A DNA stretch of 63,346 bases, filler included, from Choristocarpus tenellus KU-1152 (GCA_964200185.2; 15 parts of 15 records of this genome joined end to end with filler, not necessarily neighbours in it), one strand, 5' to 3'. Shown: positions 39,550 to 54,158, counted from the first letter of the whole stretch. A program made the numbers and translations. The notes: generated from the letters alone by a model not told the origin.

Positions 39550-40750
39550 GTAGGGTTGCTTCCACGGCCTCCTTAAGGTGCTCCCTGATGGAAATAGAGG
39601 CTATCACGAGTTATGAGGTGTGTATGTCATGTGGACTCAAGGGCCGAGTCAAAGGTGGAGACTCTGCAACATATTCAAATGTCTGGACTATGTGGAGGAA
39701 TGGAGATTTTGGCGCCATCTTTGGATCGCTTGATCCAGAAATAACGCAAGAAGAGCCTGGAGGACTGTATTGCTTCAGCAGAGTAGCAGATGTGACACAA
39801 CCCACAGATACAAGGGGAAGGGTGAATGAAGGCTGCTATATATTTTGGCTAGAATTGGAAATTTTGGAAGCACTGGGGAGTGGATGACATTAGGGAGAAT
39901 TAATTCGTGTCAAGGTGCAATACAACCCCCGTCTGTCAGTCTGGTGGCAATAGAAGATGTTGCACAATTACCCATGAATGAAGCGCCTACGTGTTGTAAT
40001 ATTGAATTTGGTGAAAGTCTGATTCATGCAACACAATGGCTATAGAACTCAACAAAATCTGGGGAAAGAAGTATGGGTTTAAACAGGTCTCAGACCATTA
40101 ACTACAGCCCTAGTACTGGTTCAATGCGGAGCTTCTGGCTGACTCCTCCTTCCAAATAGGGAACCAATTCGCCACAAAGTTCAATCCATGAGAAAGAGAT
40201 TGTTTGTTGCACCTTCCATGCTTGCTGTTGATATCAAAAGGCCTGCCAGGGTCCCTTACATACTTCGCAGGATCTGCTCCAACCTGGAAAATTCGTCCCC
40301 GAGGGATGTTGGAGTTCGGATCTTGTTAGAACGCTTAGCTGTGCCTCAAAGATAGTGCTACGCAGTACAGGCACCTTAAGCAGTCAGTGCATATCAATGC
40401 AGCAGTACCATTTAAAACACTGTACTAGAGAATGCCACTAAGGTATCTTTTTTCAATCCCCATCACATTTTGATATTATTTCGATATAACATGTGATGTA
40501 CCTTTGATATGAAGTGCTTGGAGTGCCAAGGGAGCGATTTTCTGGGTGCACCTTATCATATCTTCCCATTTTTGACGATTTTTTTGGTCGATGATGACGA
40601 GGTACACATGCAGGCCTGGTAAGGCAACATGGTTCACTACGGAAATGTTGTTCTACGCTCCCATATCTGCTACAGGAATGTTAGTTTCTACTTTCTGATT
40701 TGTCCATGGCACACCACACGCACAACACATATTTCGTGAGTTGAGTCAAG
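39550..40750 (-). mobile_element. Possible decayed hAT transposase
   Basis: LVQCFKWYCCIDMH*LLK (TRWNS-like) and FWIK...AKISIPPHS (dimerisation-domain-like) in the expected order; very degraded. Confidence 0.3.
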
Positions 40751-41470
40751 TTCACATCATACCGTTCAAGTCAAAGTCCACGGAGATTTATGTCTGTGCC
40801 GATGTTGTTGCCCCTTTCTGTAGAATCTTTCAGCATTGTTTGCAATAGTGAGTGTGTGACCAGTCGACAAGAATTGGCAACTCCTGACTTGGGAGCACAG
40901 GGTACGAATGCTCAAGAGTCACTTTCATCACCTTCTTGCTATCAAGGCACATACTTTCCCTCCTTCTTCGCCGCCTCTCCATGATTTTGCCCATAAGGGC
41001 CATTGGTGGTGGGGCCAGGAGAAGGTTGCGGCAGACATCCAGAACCTCATACAACTTGATTCAAGCAAAAACAAAACAAAAAACGTCCACATAAAAAGGT
41101 AATGGATTTAGTGTTTTTCAAACCATGCCGAAGGAGAAGAAGCGCCTTCCTATTATATCAACTCTGTTCTCGAGAAAGACTAAAGAAGAATCGCATCTTC
41201 TTCACTAGGGTGCGAAAGCATTCCAGAGGAAGATTACGATATGGAGGATCGAATTACCCTAGTTCTGATAGATAGTCTCTGCATTACATCTCCAATCTTG
41301 TAGTTTCAGTCTACCTTACTCCCTCACTCCATACACATTACTTCAAAGTCGCGGAAGGGTCAAACCACCTATTTGTTGTGGTCTGATACCAGTACACTGC
41401 CGGGAGTTTGAAGCAATCTAGCGGAAGTAGAGGAGATATTATTTGTTTTGTGGTTTTCTTTCTTATTCCA

Positions 41471-41732
41471 GAGTCAAAGCATCTTAGAGGGTAGAGTCGC
41501 GTACATTTGGGGCCGAAATCCCCATGTTGTGATTCCGATGTGACTTTGACTATCGTGGTTGCTAGGACGTGTCAACATCCTTGTTCCGGATACATATTTT
41601 CATAACGTGTACCTTATACCTGCTCCGAATTATTTTGGAGTAGAAAAAAGCCATATAAAAAAACATGTGAAACCAAGCTCCAAACGGACAAACGGGGCAA
41701 ACTCGTACCCTAACCCTAAGATACTTCCACTC
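41471..41732 (+). mobile_element. MITE family A copy
   Basis: GAGTCAAAGCATCTTAGAGGGTA ... TACCCTAACCCTAAGATACTTCCACTC. Confidence 0.9.
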
Positions 41733-42697
41733 TAATTCCACACTAGTACAAGTGCCCCCTCTCGCACTCGCTTGCATTTACGACCTAGAAGTTCCTAGTT
41801 TCGTATCCAACCTTAGGAATGAATATGTTGCTGTGGTCTCAGGAGGGCTATTGGGGGCAAGCATCAATTTGCACTGGTCAGTCTGAGCTGATTCGAAAAT
41901 CCGACCAGGAGGGAAGAGAGGGTGGTTCAGTGAACTTTGTTCATGCAGTCGATCGCCTACCACATGCATACACACACACACACGTGCGCGCGCACGTGAA
42001 AAATTCATGTGCTTATACCTGCTGTGGGTCGAGGTGGACAAAAAGCTCTGGCACGTCAAGGGATATTTTGTTGTAAGGGTAGTGCTGGACCTTTCGTGGG
42101 GTTTCTGATGCTTGCCCCCTGATGCCCCCAGCGCATCCCCCCCTCTCCACCGTAACGTGAAAGACGTACTGTGCGTGGACAGTGAAGTNNNNNNNNNNNN
42201 NNNNNNNNNNNNNNNNNNNNNNNNNNNNNNNNTTAATTAATTAANNNNNNNNNNNNNNNNNNNNNNNNNNNNNNNNNNNNNNNNNNNNCCCCCCCCCTTC
42301 CCCCCAAGGAGTTACACAAAGAAAATTATTCTGATTTTCGGATTCGGGTAGCCACTACGATGGACAGAAGGGTGTCGTGAATCAAATGCTTTTTTTTTTA
42401 GTAATAGTCGATGTGTGTGTGATGTCACCAGACTGTCTCCGTGAGCAAAGCCGTTCTCACGATGGATAAGAGTTGAACCATTATCCCCTCAAATTTCTAT
42501 TGAGATGAATCTCGCTTTCCTTACTGAATTGTAGGAGTTCATTCATGTCACTTGTGTGTATCCTCTACTTGAACAAAATAGGAAGGGTATGCTATAAACT
42601 CTCTGCTAATTTTTCTCTTTTTGAAACCATTCATTGTATTCAATCCCCTCCCCCCCCCCCCCCCCCCCCCCAAATCGTGTGTCTAAACACGATTCAG

Positions 42698-45492
42698 AAC
42701 CTTCAAGACCAAGGTGATTGTCTTCTTTGACACCAAAATGCTAGCTCACCGCCTCATGCTTGTCTTGGGACTGGCCGGCATTAAGGTTGCAGAGCTGCAT
42801 GGGAACCTGGCCATGACACAGAGACTGGAGGCCTTGGACAGGTAGTTTTTATCGTGTTTGAGTTGGGGGAGGTTATTGAGTCGCAGTGTGTTTGTCACCT
42901 TGTGTAAGCCAGGACTGCAAAATGATGGATGATGGATGGCGTTTGTGGGCCGTATACCTGTGATCCAATTTTTTTTTTTCAGGGCAATAGCAATGGCGCT
43001 GATGGCGATACCGATGTATATGGTTAGGGTTAGGGGGGATTGGTTTTTATAATTTGCTTCCAAGTGCTTCCGTTGCACAACTTTTTATTTCGTGTAACTG
43101 CGCCTCCTTTTCTCCCTAACCCTAACCCACATTTTTATTTCATGAGTGTAAATCTGTAAATAACGCCTGTCATACTTTCAATTTGGCCACACCCGTCTTC
43201 CGTCACACTCCCAGAGTATTTTCTTGTTTTTACTATTGTTTCTTCTTTTTTTGGTTTTGTTTAAGATTGTCGGGTTATGTATCTGGGTGCTTACCAGTGT
43301 CTAACCAAGGCAGGCATCGCTATTGCTCTTGCAGAACCTCATTTTTTTCATTGGGGCATCCATCACCCCCTCTCTCAACCAAAAATTCAAACCCTGGGAT
43401 GGCGTTACTATATCGCCCCCACACAACTAACTCCTTTGACACTTGCTGGTGCCCCTTGTGGCTGGCTCTACCTACTGTCTCCCCCCCTGCCCTAAACCTA
43501 AGGTTCAAGGATGGGGAGGTGAATGTGTTGGCAGCAACTGATCTCGCAGCTAGGGGTCTGGATATATCTGTGAGGAACATTGATGATGGATGTTGCCATT
43601 GTTTGGGAAGGCTTATTTGAACTGTTGGATCACTTTTTTTTTTAATTGAAAGCATTTTATGCCCTTGTTAGAATTTTCTATTCCTTCTGGTTCTACATAC
43701 ATATTTGATGTATGTAAATATAAATGTCTTGTGCTGTCCTGTTGATGTTGATGGGGTGTTGACCTTTTTGTGAGTGAGATGTGTAGTGGATCACCGCTGT
43801 GTGAAATTTTCTAGTTCTTGATGGCAGGGAAGGGCTCCTCCCCTAAGGAGGGTTGAAAGAGAGAAGGGTTATACAGGGTTAAGAGTGTTGTGAGATCATT
43901 GCCGATACATTGCAACAGGATAGGCAGACATGTATCAATTAGACTAAATGGAGTGGGGGTAGTGAACAGTGATGGTGAATTGTGGAATGTGAGAAGCAGG
44001 TGTCAAAATGTAAATACATTTTGTGATGCTACTAATTTTAACAGTGCTGTACAACAGCACTATTATGATAGTAGTGGGGCAATGGGGAGGGAGGGAGGGA
44101 GGGAGGGTAAGATATCACTCTAATGGCAAGCACCTAGGAACCACATGAGCTCACACAGAGGGCCATACTGCCTGTGGGGGAAAGCACAGTGGGTGCACTG
44201 GTGTGTGAAGTTTGTCAGCAAGTAATGGTATGCAATTGTCTTGATATTTGGGTACCCAGCTTCCGCCCCCTTGAAGTACTGTCACTGTCACTGACACATT
44301 CTGGAAGGTGTTTGATGGGTGCACTAGTGTGTGCTCATTCTTGCTCTGCGGGTGATGAGGGGATTGTTTGTACCAGTTCCTCTGAGGTTAATTGTGCAGG
44401 ACTAGTTGGTAGCCTTTAGCCTGTAGCCTGTGTGTGCTGTGTCTGTTGTTTTTTGTCATGTATTGTTCACATGTGTGCTGGTTCTGATTCACAACCCTGA
44501 TGGAACGTAGACGGGAGATCAAGTGTTCTACAACATGAGAAGGCGTGAATTGTGAGGAGATGACGATGGGCAGTGGTGTGATTAACTACTATTGTAGTGT
44601 CTTTTTGCAGAGTGTTTACAATTTGTGAGGATCAGGTTAATAATTTTTGTCTTATTCTGTCACACAAGTAGAGACTTATGAAGGACAGACTACAACCCTC
44701 CTCCTCCCCCCCACCCCTCCATGTTCATGTTCATGTTCATGGTCATGTTCATCATTAGTTGGGCCCCGGGAAGTACAGATAAAATTGGTAGTCAGTGGAA
44801 GAGTATGGCTCACTGTGAAAGAAATCGATGGCGGTAAAAGGCATTGACCATATACCATCAGTGTTATGTGTGTATGTATTGTTGGTATAACCTTGTATCG
44901 TCATACTGATGCATCGATCCGCCCAATATGTGGTACCCAGGAATGTCAAATTAGTCCTTGAGGTTGTTGTAGTGCTGACTTTCGGCTGTACTTTATTCCC
45001 TGATTGGGACCAAGTTTTGATGTATTGTTGACGATCTGAGAGTGATGACTATAATATCTTGCAGAGGATGTCCTGCTGGTGAGGATTTAGAATTGTGGTG
45101 AGAAGTTCCCTCCTCTCCTATTGTGAAGCTCCTCCAAGGTAAAAGTTCAAACAGACAAGAATAGATTTGGGCACCCTCTTGATAGTCAATTCCCGTTTCA
45201 ACAAACGTGCAAGAGGGCATAAAAATGTAACAATAAAAAAAAAATGTAAGAAAGGCACCTTACTCGAGGGGAGAGTAATCCCATGCACATAAAGCCTGTA
45301 CAGCTTGTCGTAAGGTATATATATATATATCCCCTAACCCTTGAAAAAACACTTTTTTTTTCAATGTTTCCTGATCACAGGGTGTACACACGGTTGTCAA
45401 TTTTGAGATGCCCAGGTCACCGGAGTCTTACATTCACAGGGTGGGCCGTACAGCAAGGGCAGGGTGCGGAGGGAGATCAGTGACTCTGATTG
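42698..45492 (+). CDS. DDX27: DEAD-box RNA helicase DDX27/DRS1, C-terminal RecA domain (3 exons, partial)
   Basis: Exons 42698-42841, 43503-43569, 45381-~45492: [63 protein letters not shown]. Confidence 0.9.
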
Positions 45493-47156
45493 GTGAGGGA
45501 GGGGTTTTTTTGGAGGGGGGGGGTTTGGTTGACAACATGCAGTGCAAATTTGTGGTAGTATCTACTGTACAGAGTAGTCTATTGGAGGTGAAAAATCAGT
45601 GTGAAGAGCTGTGGCTATAGGAGAGTCTCTCTCCCTCTCCCTCTCTCTCCCTCTCTCTCCCTCTGGTTTTACTAATGCCACAATCTGGAGTTGATTGACT
45701 CTGCTGAGCTGTACTGTTGCAGCTCAGAGTGTGGTGTGATGTGGTTGCGAGGGGCTTGTGGCTTATGTGCCTGCTTTTATGTGCACAGCTTTGGGGCCTA
45801 TATCCCATGCACTCGAATTTGAAGTTTTGTGCCTGCTCGCGTATCCGCCCTGCTTAAAACGCCTGTTTTTTTGTTGTTGTTGCCTGGGGGGGGGGGGGGG
45901 GGGGGGGTTGTTGTGTTGTTTGTGGTGGGGGGGGGAGGGGAGAGGGAGGGGTGGGNNNNNNNNNNNNNNNNNNNNNNNNNNNNNNNNNNNNNNNNNNNNT
46001 TAATTAATTAANNNNNNNNNNNNNNNNNNNNNNNNNNNNNNNNNNNNNNNNNNNNATCTGGGGGGCACTTTTAGGCCCCTGACAAGAATGATGTTGAAAC
46101 CAGCAACTTCATCTGCAAATATCTGAGTCTGGAGAAGCAATTTCGCAAACACACCACCGCACTCACAAAAAGAAAAATGGAAGGATGTGGATCCTGATTT
46201 GCCAGGAGGAATCTTGTTGTGTGCCATGGACGAATTCATTCATCAAAATATTGCCACCTAATATTATATGCTATCGTCATCACCATAGTCTTTAGCATAC
46301 AGTTGTCCATCAACGACATGTACAAAACCAACTTGACAGTCTATCTACTACGTGAATGAGAGGGATAGGGCAATACTCAAGTCAACATACAGCAGCATAA
46401 TTTTTGTGCATTGATTTGAGCTGTGTCATTTATGCTCCGCCTTCTTCAGGTAGGGGTGTGCAATCAGTTGTGCCACACCTCAATGTTGATAGGTGAACAG
46501 TACCATACTGTGTGTGCGCTGAAGGCCATGCATGGTAAACAATTGTGAGCAAATAAATGATGATATTGAGTTGAAGAAAACACCATGTACTCAGAGTTGA
46601 ATTTCAAGGATGCTGACGAATGTGCGCAAAATTCGACTTTTTTCACAAATGTGTACCGGACATTTTCAAGTTGTGCTGGAGAGGTTTCAAACAATAGGGA
46701 AATAAACACTCAAGTCAAACGTAGAACTTCGTCCAGAGAAACACGGGTGAACGGCAAAAGATTGGAAAACAGAATTAAAATTTGGGGTACTAGGTGTTTA
46801 GTGCTGATACAACGCACCTTCAAACATGTAGTTAGTAACTTTTTTTGTTATCTGTTTAGTATCTGTTTTCAAGGTGATGTAATTGGCTTGTGAATTTCTT
46901 GTATACCATACACTATTGTCTCAACAGTTTCACCAGATTTTGACTCTACTTTCTTGTTTTGAAATGCACACTATTCCCTGTATCAGTTTCGAGAGTTCGA
47001 ACCCTATCGACACATTAATTCTCTTCGTGGAAATCTGGTTTCTATGATAAAGGTCCATGCGGCAACCACGACGGATTTTTCACCTACCAGCACTGTCTTA
47101 TCTGCCGCTATACCTCAAAAATCGCCAGAAGACCAAGATCGAGGTGGCAACGTCAA

Positions 47157-47935
47157 GACAGGTCCAGTACAAGATTGGATTGAGAAGGTGGAGCAACAAG
47201 GAGTGCGATTGCTGAACCCAACACACAACCATAGGCATGAATGGAGGCAGTACAACCAGTCGTAGTGCAAGAGTTATACACAATAGTACGAGGAGCAGTG
47301 CAGTGTGTGGTGCCTCTGACCATGGGTCGGGATAGTTTCCAAACTAGATTATTGACAAATAATAGTACTAGATTTGAGTCAAATCGATTGAGAGGTAGGG
47401 AGGGTTGCATTTTAAGGACACCGAGAAAGGTTAAAGACTCTACTTTGTACAATTGCAGAAAGATCCTTTGCTCGTTTTTGTGTTACTTTTTGTGTGGAAA
47501 GGGGGGATCTCAATTTGCATACACTATTGCGAACACATAAAGTAATGAAATAAGATGTACTACACACGATGGCATCGATGACTTACTATTTAAAAGGATT
47601 CAAACCTGCCCCACCTCTCGATTGGTTTGACTTACTTTTAATAATTAGTTGTTTAGTATGTCATGACTCTGACCACGGGGTGAAATTTCTATATTCCCCA
47701 GACAAAAAAGAAGAAAGATGCTCAAATTATATAACAAACACCTTGACAGGTCCAGAACAAGATTCAAGGGGGGTGGAGGTGGAGCAATGATCTGTGGGAT
47801 GGCGGAACCCAATATGCAAGACCAACACATGAATTGAGGGAGAATAATAGTAGCGTAACACTTAGTCACAATAGATAGTAAATATGCGAAGTAGTAGTGC
47901 AGTGTGGTGCTACTGACCATAGGTTGGGTTAGTCC
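47157..47935 (+). repeat. Diverged ~185-bp direct duplication (47157-47340 and 47746-47935)
   Basis: Both begin GACAGGTCCAG(T/A)ACAAGATT and end with TGTGGTGC..CTGACCAT.GGT.GG..TAGT. Confidence 0.7.
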
Positions 47936-50900
47936 ACAGAGAAAAGTGAAGCAAATATCTACTTCTCAATATTAAATAGAAGCATATTATGATGTCAATA
48001 ATAGCAGGTCAGCTAAGGCAAGATAAATTTTGAAAGGATTGGACTTGGTTCTCAGTTTAAGCTGGGCTGACTCTAAGTTGATTGGGCCCAAGGTGGTTTG
48101 CCCATAAAGTGTGAATTGCTCGGTGAGTGGTTGAATTTCCAACTTCATAGCAGTCTTTTCCACAAAATATATGTTTGGCACAAACCTAGCCAGCATGCAC
48201 AATTGCAATAGCTAATATATTTAATTTGTTATTTGTTACCGAATCTGGATAATTAACGAAAGTTGGGTGCCTCTTGCCTTTCTTTTATACTCTTTCCCGA
48301 CAGCATTTCCAAAATGTTCGAGGTCCTCTCCGTACAATGGTATTAAATTTGCAATTTCATACCCAAGCATAGACGTTACAGATTAATATATCAGTCTGTC
48401 GTTTTCTCCGAGAGTAAACATCAGTGGTAACACTTGTACCAACAGGGCTGGGCCAGGGTGTACTCAGTATAATATTTTGGACAGGGTCGAACTAGGCAAA
48501 ATACTATTTACCCGGACCTTGCTTGTACATTAAAAACATAAATTGGGGTCGGCCCGCAGACTGGTCAAAGGAAAAGCGATTTTATCTTGACCAGGCCAAT
48601 GCCTTCAGAGATGTACCGGAGCTAAGCCACAGGTCAGGCCTTAGTTTAATTAACTTCCAGTCTAGTGTAAAACCCAGAGTACTGTGTCGGAGGGATTAAT
48701 ATGAACTGGTTAATTCCCAGATATATATGGCATAATTTGGGCGTCAGTCTGACATATTTGACTGGTTCGATCTGGTCAACATATCATTTTATTCATGGCG
48801 CCCAGGCTGCACTTGGAAAATCGTTATAGCAGGATCAGTCCAGGGCTGTCAGAATCTGTCAACCAGACCGGGCCACAGGCCTGCCCTGGTGAATATGTCG
48901 TCAGGGCCGATCCAGGCCTGTCAGAAAGAGTAACCGAACCGGGCCATGGGCTGGCCCCCAGCTCTCATCTGGTTGTTGTACTTGTTAGTACAGTAAAAAA
49001 ATCCTGTAAATTATGCTTTTTCTTTCTTCGTTTTGTAATGTGCAAGAAGACCAAGACAGCATCCCACAAGCAAAAAACACAGCTACAGTGCATACATACC
49101 TTGGTGGGATAGCGATACTTGAGAAGAAGAGGAGGCAGGGAGCAATGCCATTTCAATCCCGCGAGGATGGCGTAGAACTATGGTAACAAAATGCATCACA
49201 CACACAGACGTGTTCCTGTACCAGAAACATCTTTGATGTGCGTTGGAGATTGATCATGTGGTCCATGATGAACTAGAAATTGTAGACACCACGAAGACCA
49301 AGGCACAGATGGGGGTCATGTTGGTAGGTCTCATGGAGAAGGACCATAACCCGTCGAAGCCTTTGGCTTAACAATCCAGTGCACTATGTTTTCCGTGGAA
49401 TAAATAAAAATCGATTAAAAAAATCAGCTATCAGTTGATCGTTATTGCGACAAATCAGATATGGACGAATACAGTCGGTGCCAGTTCACAGCTCTAGCAT
49501 GTCTCAGCATGACCATACACAACGCATGGGTCTGACTGATTTGCCTCCTCAGACTGAAGGTGTGAGGAGGTTGAGTTGTAGTAGGCAGTTGGAATAAGTG
49601 CATCCCGTTAACTCTCCTTACAAAAAAAAAAAGCGAACTTGAACAACCGAAGATAAACATATGTCAACACCAGACAACATAGAAATCCTTGGGTCCGGCA
49701 ATGTATAGTTTGCATTGCACATGCTATGTGGTGATCTAATGCAATGTTGATTTCATGAGTTCCTTGCGAGGTTTGAGCATGATGAGAAGTCACAAAGGGT
49801 GCACACAACACACTACAGGGTCTCATTACACACCCTCTGTCAATAAAAATGACATAAAGTATTATCATGACACGGTCCACCACTGTTCGTACTTCACACG
49901 AAGGTATCATTTTTGTATACAGAATTTTCCAAGTATGTTATGTAGGTATCCAATGCATATGTGCCATCAATCATGTGTCCACATGGAGTCAGGGTGGGGC
50001 CATTGTTACCAAGGTGCCACTAAGCTGTACGACAGAAACATCCCTCCACAAATATGAAAAAACCCTCTGCTGTAGCCTTGATAAAATACAGCTAGCCCAA
50101 GACGCCCATCTAACTTTCTTGCACTGCTGTCTTAATATGACCTCCCATTCATCTCCCCTCCAAACCTTGACAGTAGTTGACAGAATTAAATCCAAAAGCT
50201 TACTGGCAAGGGTGTGTGGAGGTGCGTGTGTGTGTGGAGAAAGAAGAGTGTGGCAACTCATTCACAAGGTCCTTGACACACAAGGCGCAGACCGACTCAC
50301 CAAGCAAAAAAACAAAAAGGTATCAAGAAACGAAAAAATACACATAAAACAATGCTATAAATATGCTGCCCTTTCTCAACTCATGATCCTCCTTGCATCA
50401 GCACCTACCCTTAACCCTCTGCTCATCATCACCCCAGAAGAGGTAGATGCCGGGTTCATACATTCTCAATGGTTCAGTGAGGTTGCTAACCCAGTTATGG
50501 TTGTCCACCCTCAAAATCGACTCTGGTTGGTCCTTAGCTTGCCGCCATACTGATGATACTGCGCGACTTGTTAAATCCAACACTTCACACCCGCCTGACC
50601 CGTCTACCCTATTGCGGCATTTCCTGTATGTTGCACCTTCTTTTGCCACCAATCTTGCACATGCCTGCAAGATTGGTACAACACAACCCCATCAGAGGAG
50701 GGTGGTGGCAAACTTGCGATCCATTGTACCAAGGTCTTACCGCCTTCGACGATCCTGTCCTTGCAGGGACTGAGTTATCATCAACACACACACACACACA
50801 CACAAGTGCCAGAGTTCAGAAGGGGAGGTAGTATAGAGTGTCCATTGGTACAGTGCTAGGGTGCTTGTCATGCTTGAGGTCACAAAGGACCAATATATGG

Positions 50901-52124
50901 GTTACAATGTCACAAGCACTCCAGCAAGCTAATGTTTGTCAAGAACGCCCTGTTCGAAAAAAAAAGAAAGAAAACGGAAGGTCAAATATGATCTGCGAAT
51001 GATAACGATGTGTAAGCACTAAGACCCTCACACCTCAATTTGCATGTCCAAATACTCCCTCAAGTCCCATCCACAATACATCCATGTGTACGCACCTCTC
51101 TCCATTGGTTGTCATTGAGCCGGTGGTCCCATGCTCGTCCAAACATACCATTGTTTATGTCTATTTGTGCCTGATCTATCTCCTGCTCAGTGTTCATGAC
51201 GACATTCGCCTGAAATCAATTTTGGTTATACGTTGGTTCGAGCAAGGTAAGAGTGGTGACGCAATCTGACAGGGGTTGAAAGCGAAGTATCCAAGAGGGG
51301 GGCAAGGCTTAGCCTACTTGAATCATTACAGTCTTTTCAACACCCCATTTCTTCGCAAAAAAGGTACATATGTTCTCTTCGATTTGCTGTGCCTGTGGGG
51401 CAGATGAGACCCTCTGGTTAGAGGCGTACCTTACATTGTCATGGGTTCGACAGTGGAAGGGTGTACAAGTGATTGGGCGGCAAGTCAAAATCAAGCGCAC
51501 GTAAAAAAGAAATATTTAAGAGGGAATCATACTCAAATACAAACATCCACCGAGACCACGAAATAGTACACAATACACAAAATATTATATCTACAAGGTC
51601 ACAAAGATACAACCCAACCACCACCCCCCCCCCCACCCCNNNNNNNNNNNNNNNNNNNNNNNNNNNNNNNNNNNNNNNNNNNNTTAATTAATTAANNNNN
51701 NNNNNNNNNNNNNNNNNNNNNNNNNNNNNNNNNNNNNNNGGGGGGGAGGGGAAGAAAAAGAAAAGAAGAAAAAGAAAAGAAGAAAAAGAAAGAAGAAAAA
51801 GAAAAGAAGAAACAAAACAAAGAGAAATAAAAAATGAATAAAAATAATTTAAAAAAATCAAGAGGTACGAAAATGCGGAAGGAAATTTTTTCATGCAGAA
51901 AATGCATTCTTATTTCCACTAACTGAATTCTATTTTTTAAAGGCTATCGATCAATCAAAGCAGGGTGGGAGTCTCCCTCCAACCTTCCCTAACCCTAACC
52001 CTGCCACTAGCACTAGCCGACATCATTATTATTGTTATTATTGTCATTATTATTATTGTTATTATTATAATCGCAAGAACACTATATTCCAACATTTAAA
52101 AATATTTGAAGATTTAGCAGGGGG

Positions 52125-52149
52125 GGGTTAGGGTTAGGGTTAGGGTTAC
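52125..52149 (+). repeat. Interstitial telomere-type (TTAGGG)n
   Basis: gggttagggttagggttagggttac; inverted ccctaaccctaaccct near 51987. Confidence 0.8.
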
Positions 52150-53006
52150 GGGGCCCAGAGACAAAAAAAATGGCAAACTGCACTCTGTGGAGACCTCGAG
52201 CTGGCGTCAGATATAAGCTCAGGATGTGAAGTATCCAAATTACCAACAGAAACAGGGTAGGGGGGGCAGGGGGGAGGGGTTAGACATACGATGGAGGAGA
52301 CGAGTCTCTCTCATTCAATCCACAAGAGCTAAAATGCTACACAAAACAGCGTAGCTCGTGCATCAAAGAGTTAAATAAATACTTAACAATTGAACTAACA
52401 ATTTCAACTCTTTGGGATTATATTTCATCCAATCCTGTCCGACGTCAAAACGACTTTAAGAGATATTTACTATCCAATAATCCCTTCCAATATCACAGCA
52501 ACACCTGCCCTCAACCCTCCGAGCAGAAAAAAAACAAAAAAAAAATAGGGCAAAAATTAAATTAAATAAAATTAAATTAAAATAAAAAACTAACAAACAA
52601 CATCTACTATCTATTTGCATCAACACTTTTTATCTAAATCGGGACACACACCTCATAAATTTTGGTATTTTTTTTATCTAAATCGGGATACCAAAATAAA
52701 AAAGCAGAAGGAAGTGCTACTTGCACCATATATATATATATATACAAAAAAATTAAACAAGACAAACAATCTGTGTCCTACAGATAAAAAAATAAAAAAA
52801 TATATATATATATAAAATAAAAAAACAGAACGAAATACCACGACGTAACAAAAAAAAATTAATGGGACAAACTATTTAACCTTCAGATTTTTATCAAACA
52901 AAAGGAAAACACACAAAAACTGAAAAAAAAAAGATGAAAAATAAAAAATGAAAACGATGTCCACTGCTCACATACACATACACTCTTGCACTCTCTCCCC
53001 ACCCAC

Positions 53007-54009
53007 CTCCTTGGCCAGGGTAGACCCAAGGATCATGGCTCCAATCATCTCTGCTGCCACAGACTCAAACACATCTGCACTGCTGCCCACGCAGTCACCC
53101 ACCATATCCCCCACCAGGTCTGCCACTACTGCAGGGTTGCGAGGATCATCCTCTGGGATGCCTGCCTCCACCTTACACACACAATATATTTTAATATATT
53201 TTTTTGTAATTGAAAAGAGAGATTCGTTCGTTACACTTAATACACAAAAAAAAATCTCTGTATAAAATATCAGAAGTTTCTTGAGAGAGGGGCTGTACTA
53301 TCTATCGCCAATAGTGTACTACAAAAAAAAAATCAATTTGCTAAAAAAAAATTTAATGTTGAAACAAGTAAAAAAAATGGTAACAGATCAGCATATCTTG
53401 AATATTACAAATAATAATAATAATAATACTGTTGTATAGACCTGTGTTTCCACTACAAGTTTCATATATTCCTATTGGTCTCTTCACTCATTTAGACGAT
53501 TTTTTTTTTTTTGGGGGGGGGTGAGGGGGGGTAGTTATATGTGAGTAGCGACAAGGTTCCCAAGAGGGAGGTATCGATGAGTTCAAGGTACAAAGGAATT
53601 GCCTCTTGATGAATTTTTTTTTAACACCGAGGAGGGAGCTTTGGAATAAAAAAAATTAACCATTGTAACACTCCTCTTGAAAGGTAACAAACATACTCTT
53701 AATGGGGAATAACCGTGGTTGAGGCATGAGCATGGTGAGTGTCAAAAAGGGTTCAAGACAACCTTCAAATTCAACAGGGCCTAAGCAACAACGACCCTTT
53801 CTTCTTCTTAGATGGTTTCAAGCTAAGCTATAACTTCAACTTCAACTTCAACCTGCTCACACACCTTCGCCTTCCAATAACATGGGGTTTTGCAACACAG
53901 ATCGACAATGGATTGAGCCACCCTGATATCAACCATCGGAAATAAAATGCCACTAAATGAGAAAGAGTTGAATTGCCAATAATAGATGCTGAGTGTTTAG
54001 CAGGGAGGT

Positions 54010-54040
<31 letters not shown>

Positions 54041-54125
54041 GGGGGTTTTGTGGGGGGGGGGGGGGGGGGGGGGAAAGACAAGGATGAAAAAGGACATTTC
54101 CTCTTCCCCGNNNNNNNNNNGGGGG

Positions 54126-54158
<33 letters not shown>

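Noticed and set aside
41463-41740. 8-bp TSD (TTATTCCA/TAATTCCA) suggesting hAT identity of MITE A
   Set aside because: Imperfect and seen in one copy only; other copies show 3-4 bp
48440-48960. CAGGGCC/GGCCTG-rich degenerate repeats
   Set aside because: No clear unit, termini or second copy in this window
49867-50831. 228-aa ORF and Cys-rich frames as a gene or EsV-1-7-like repeat
   Set aside because: No convincing motif or splice structure; stops in the candidate frame
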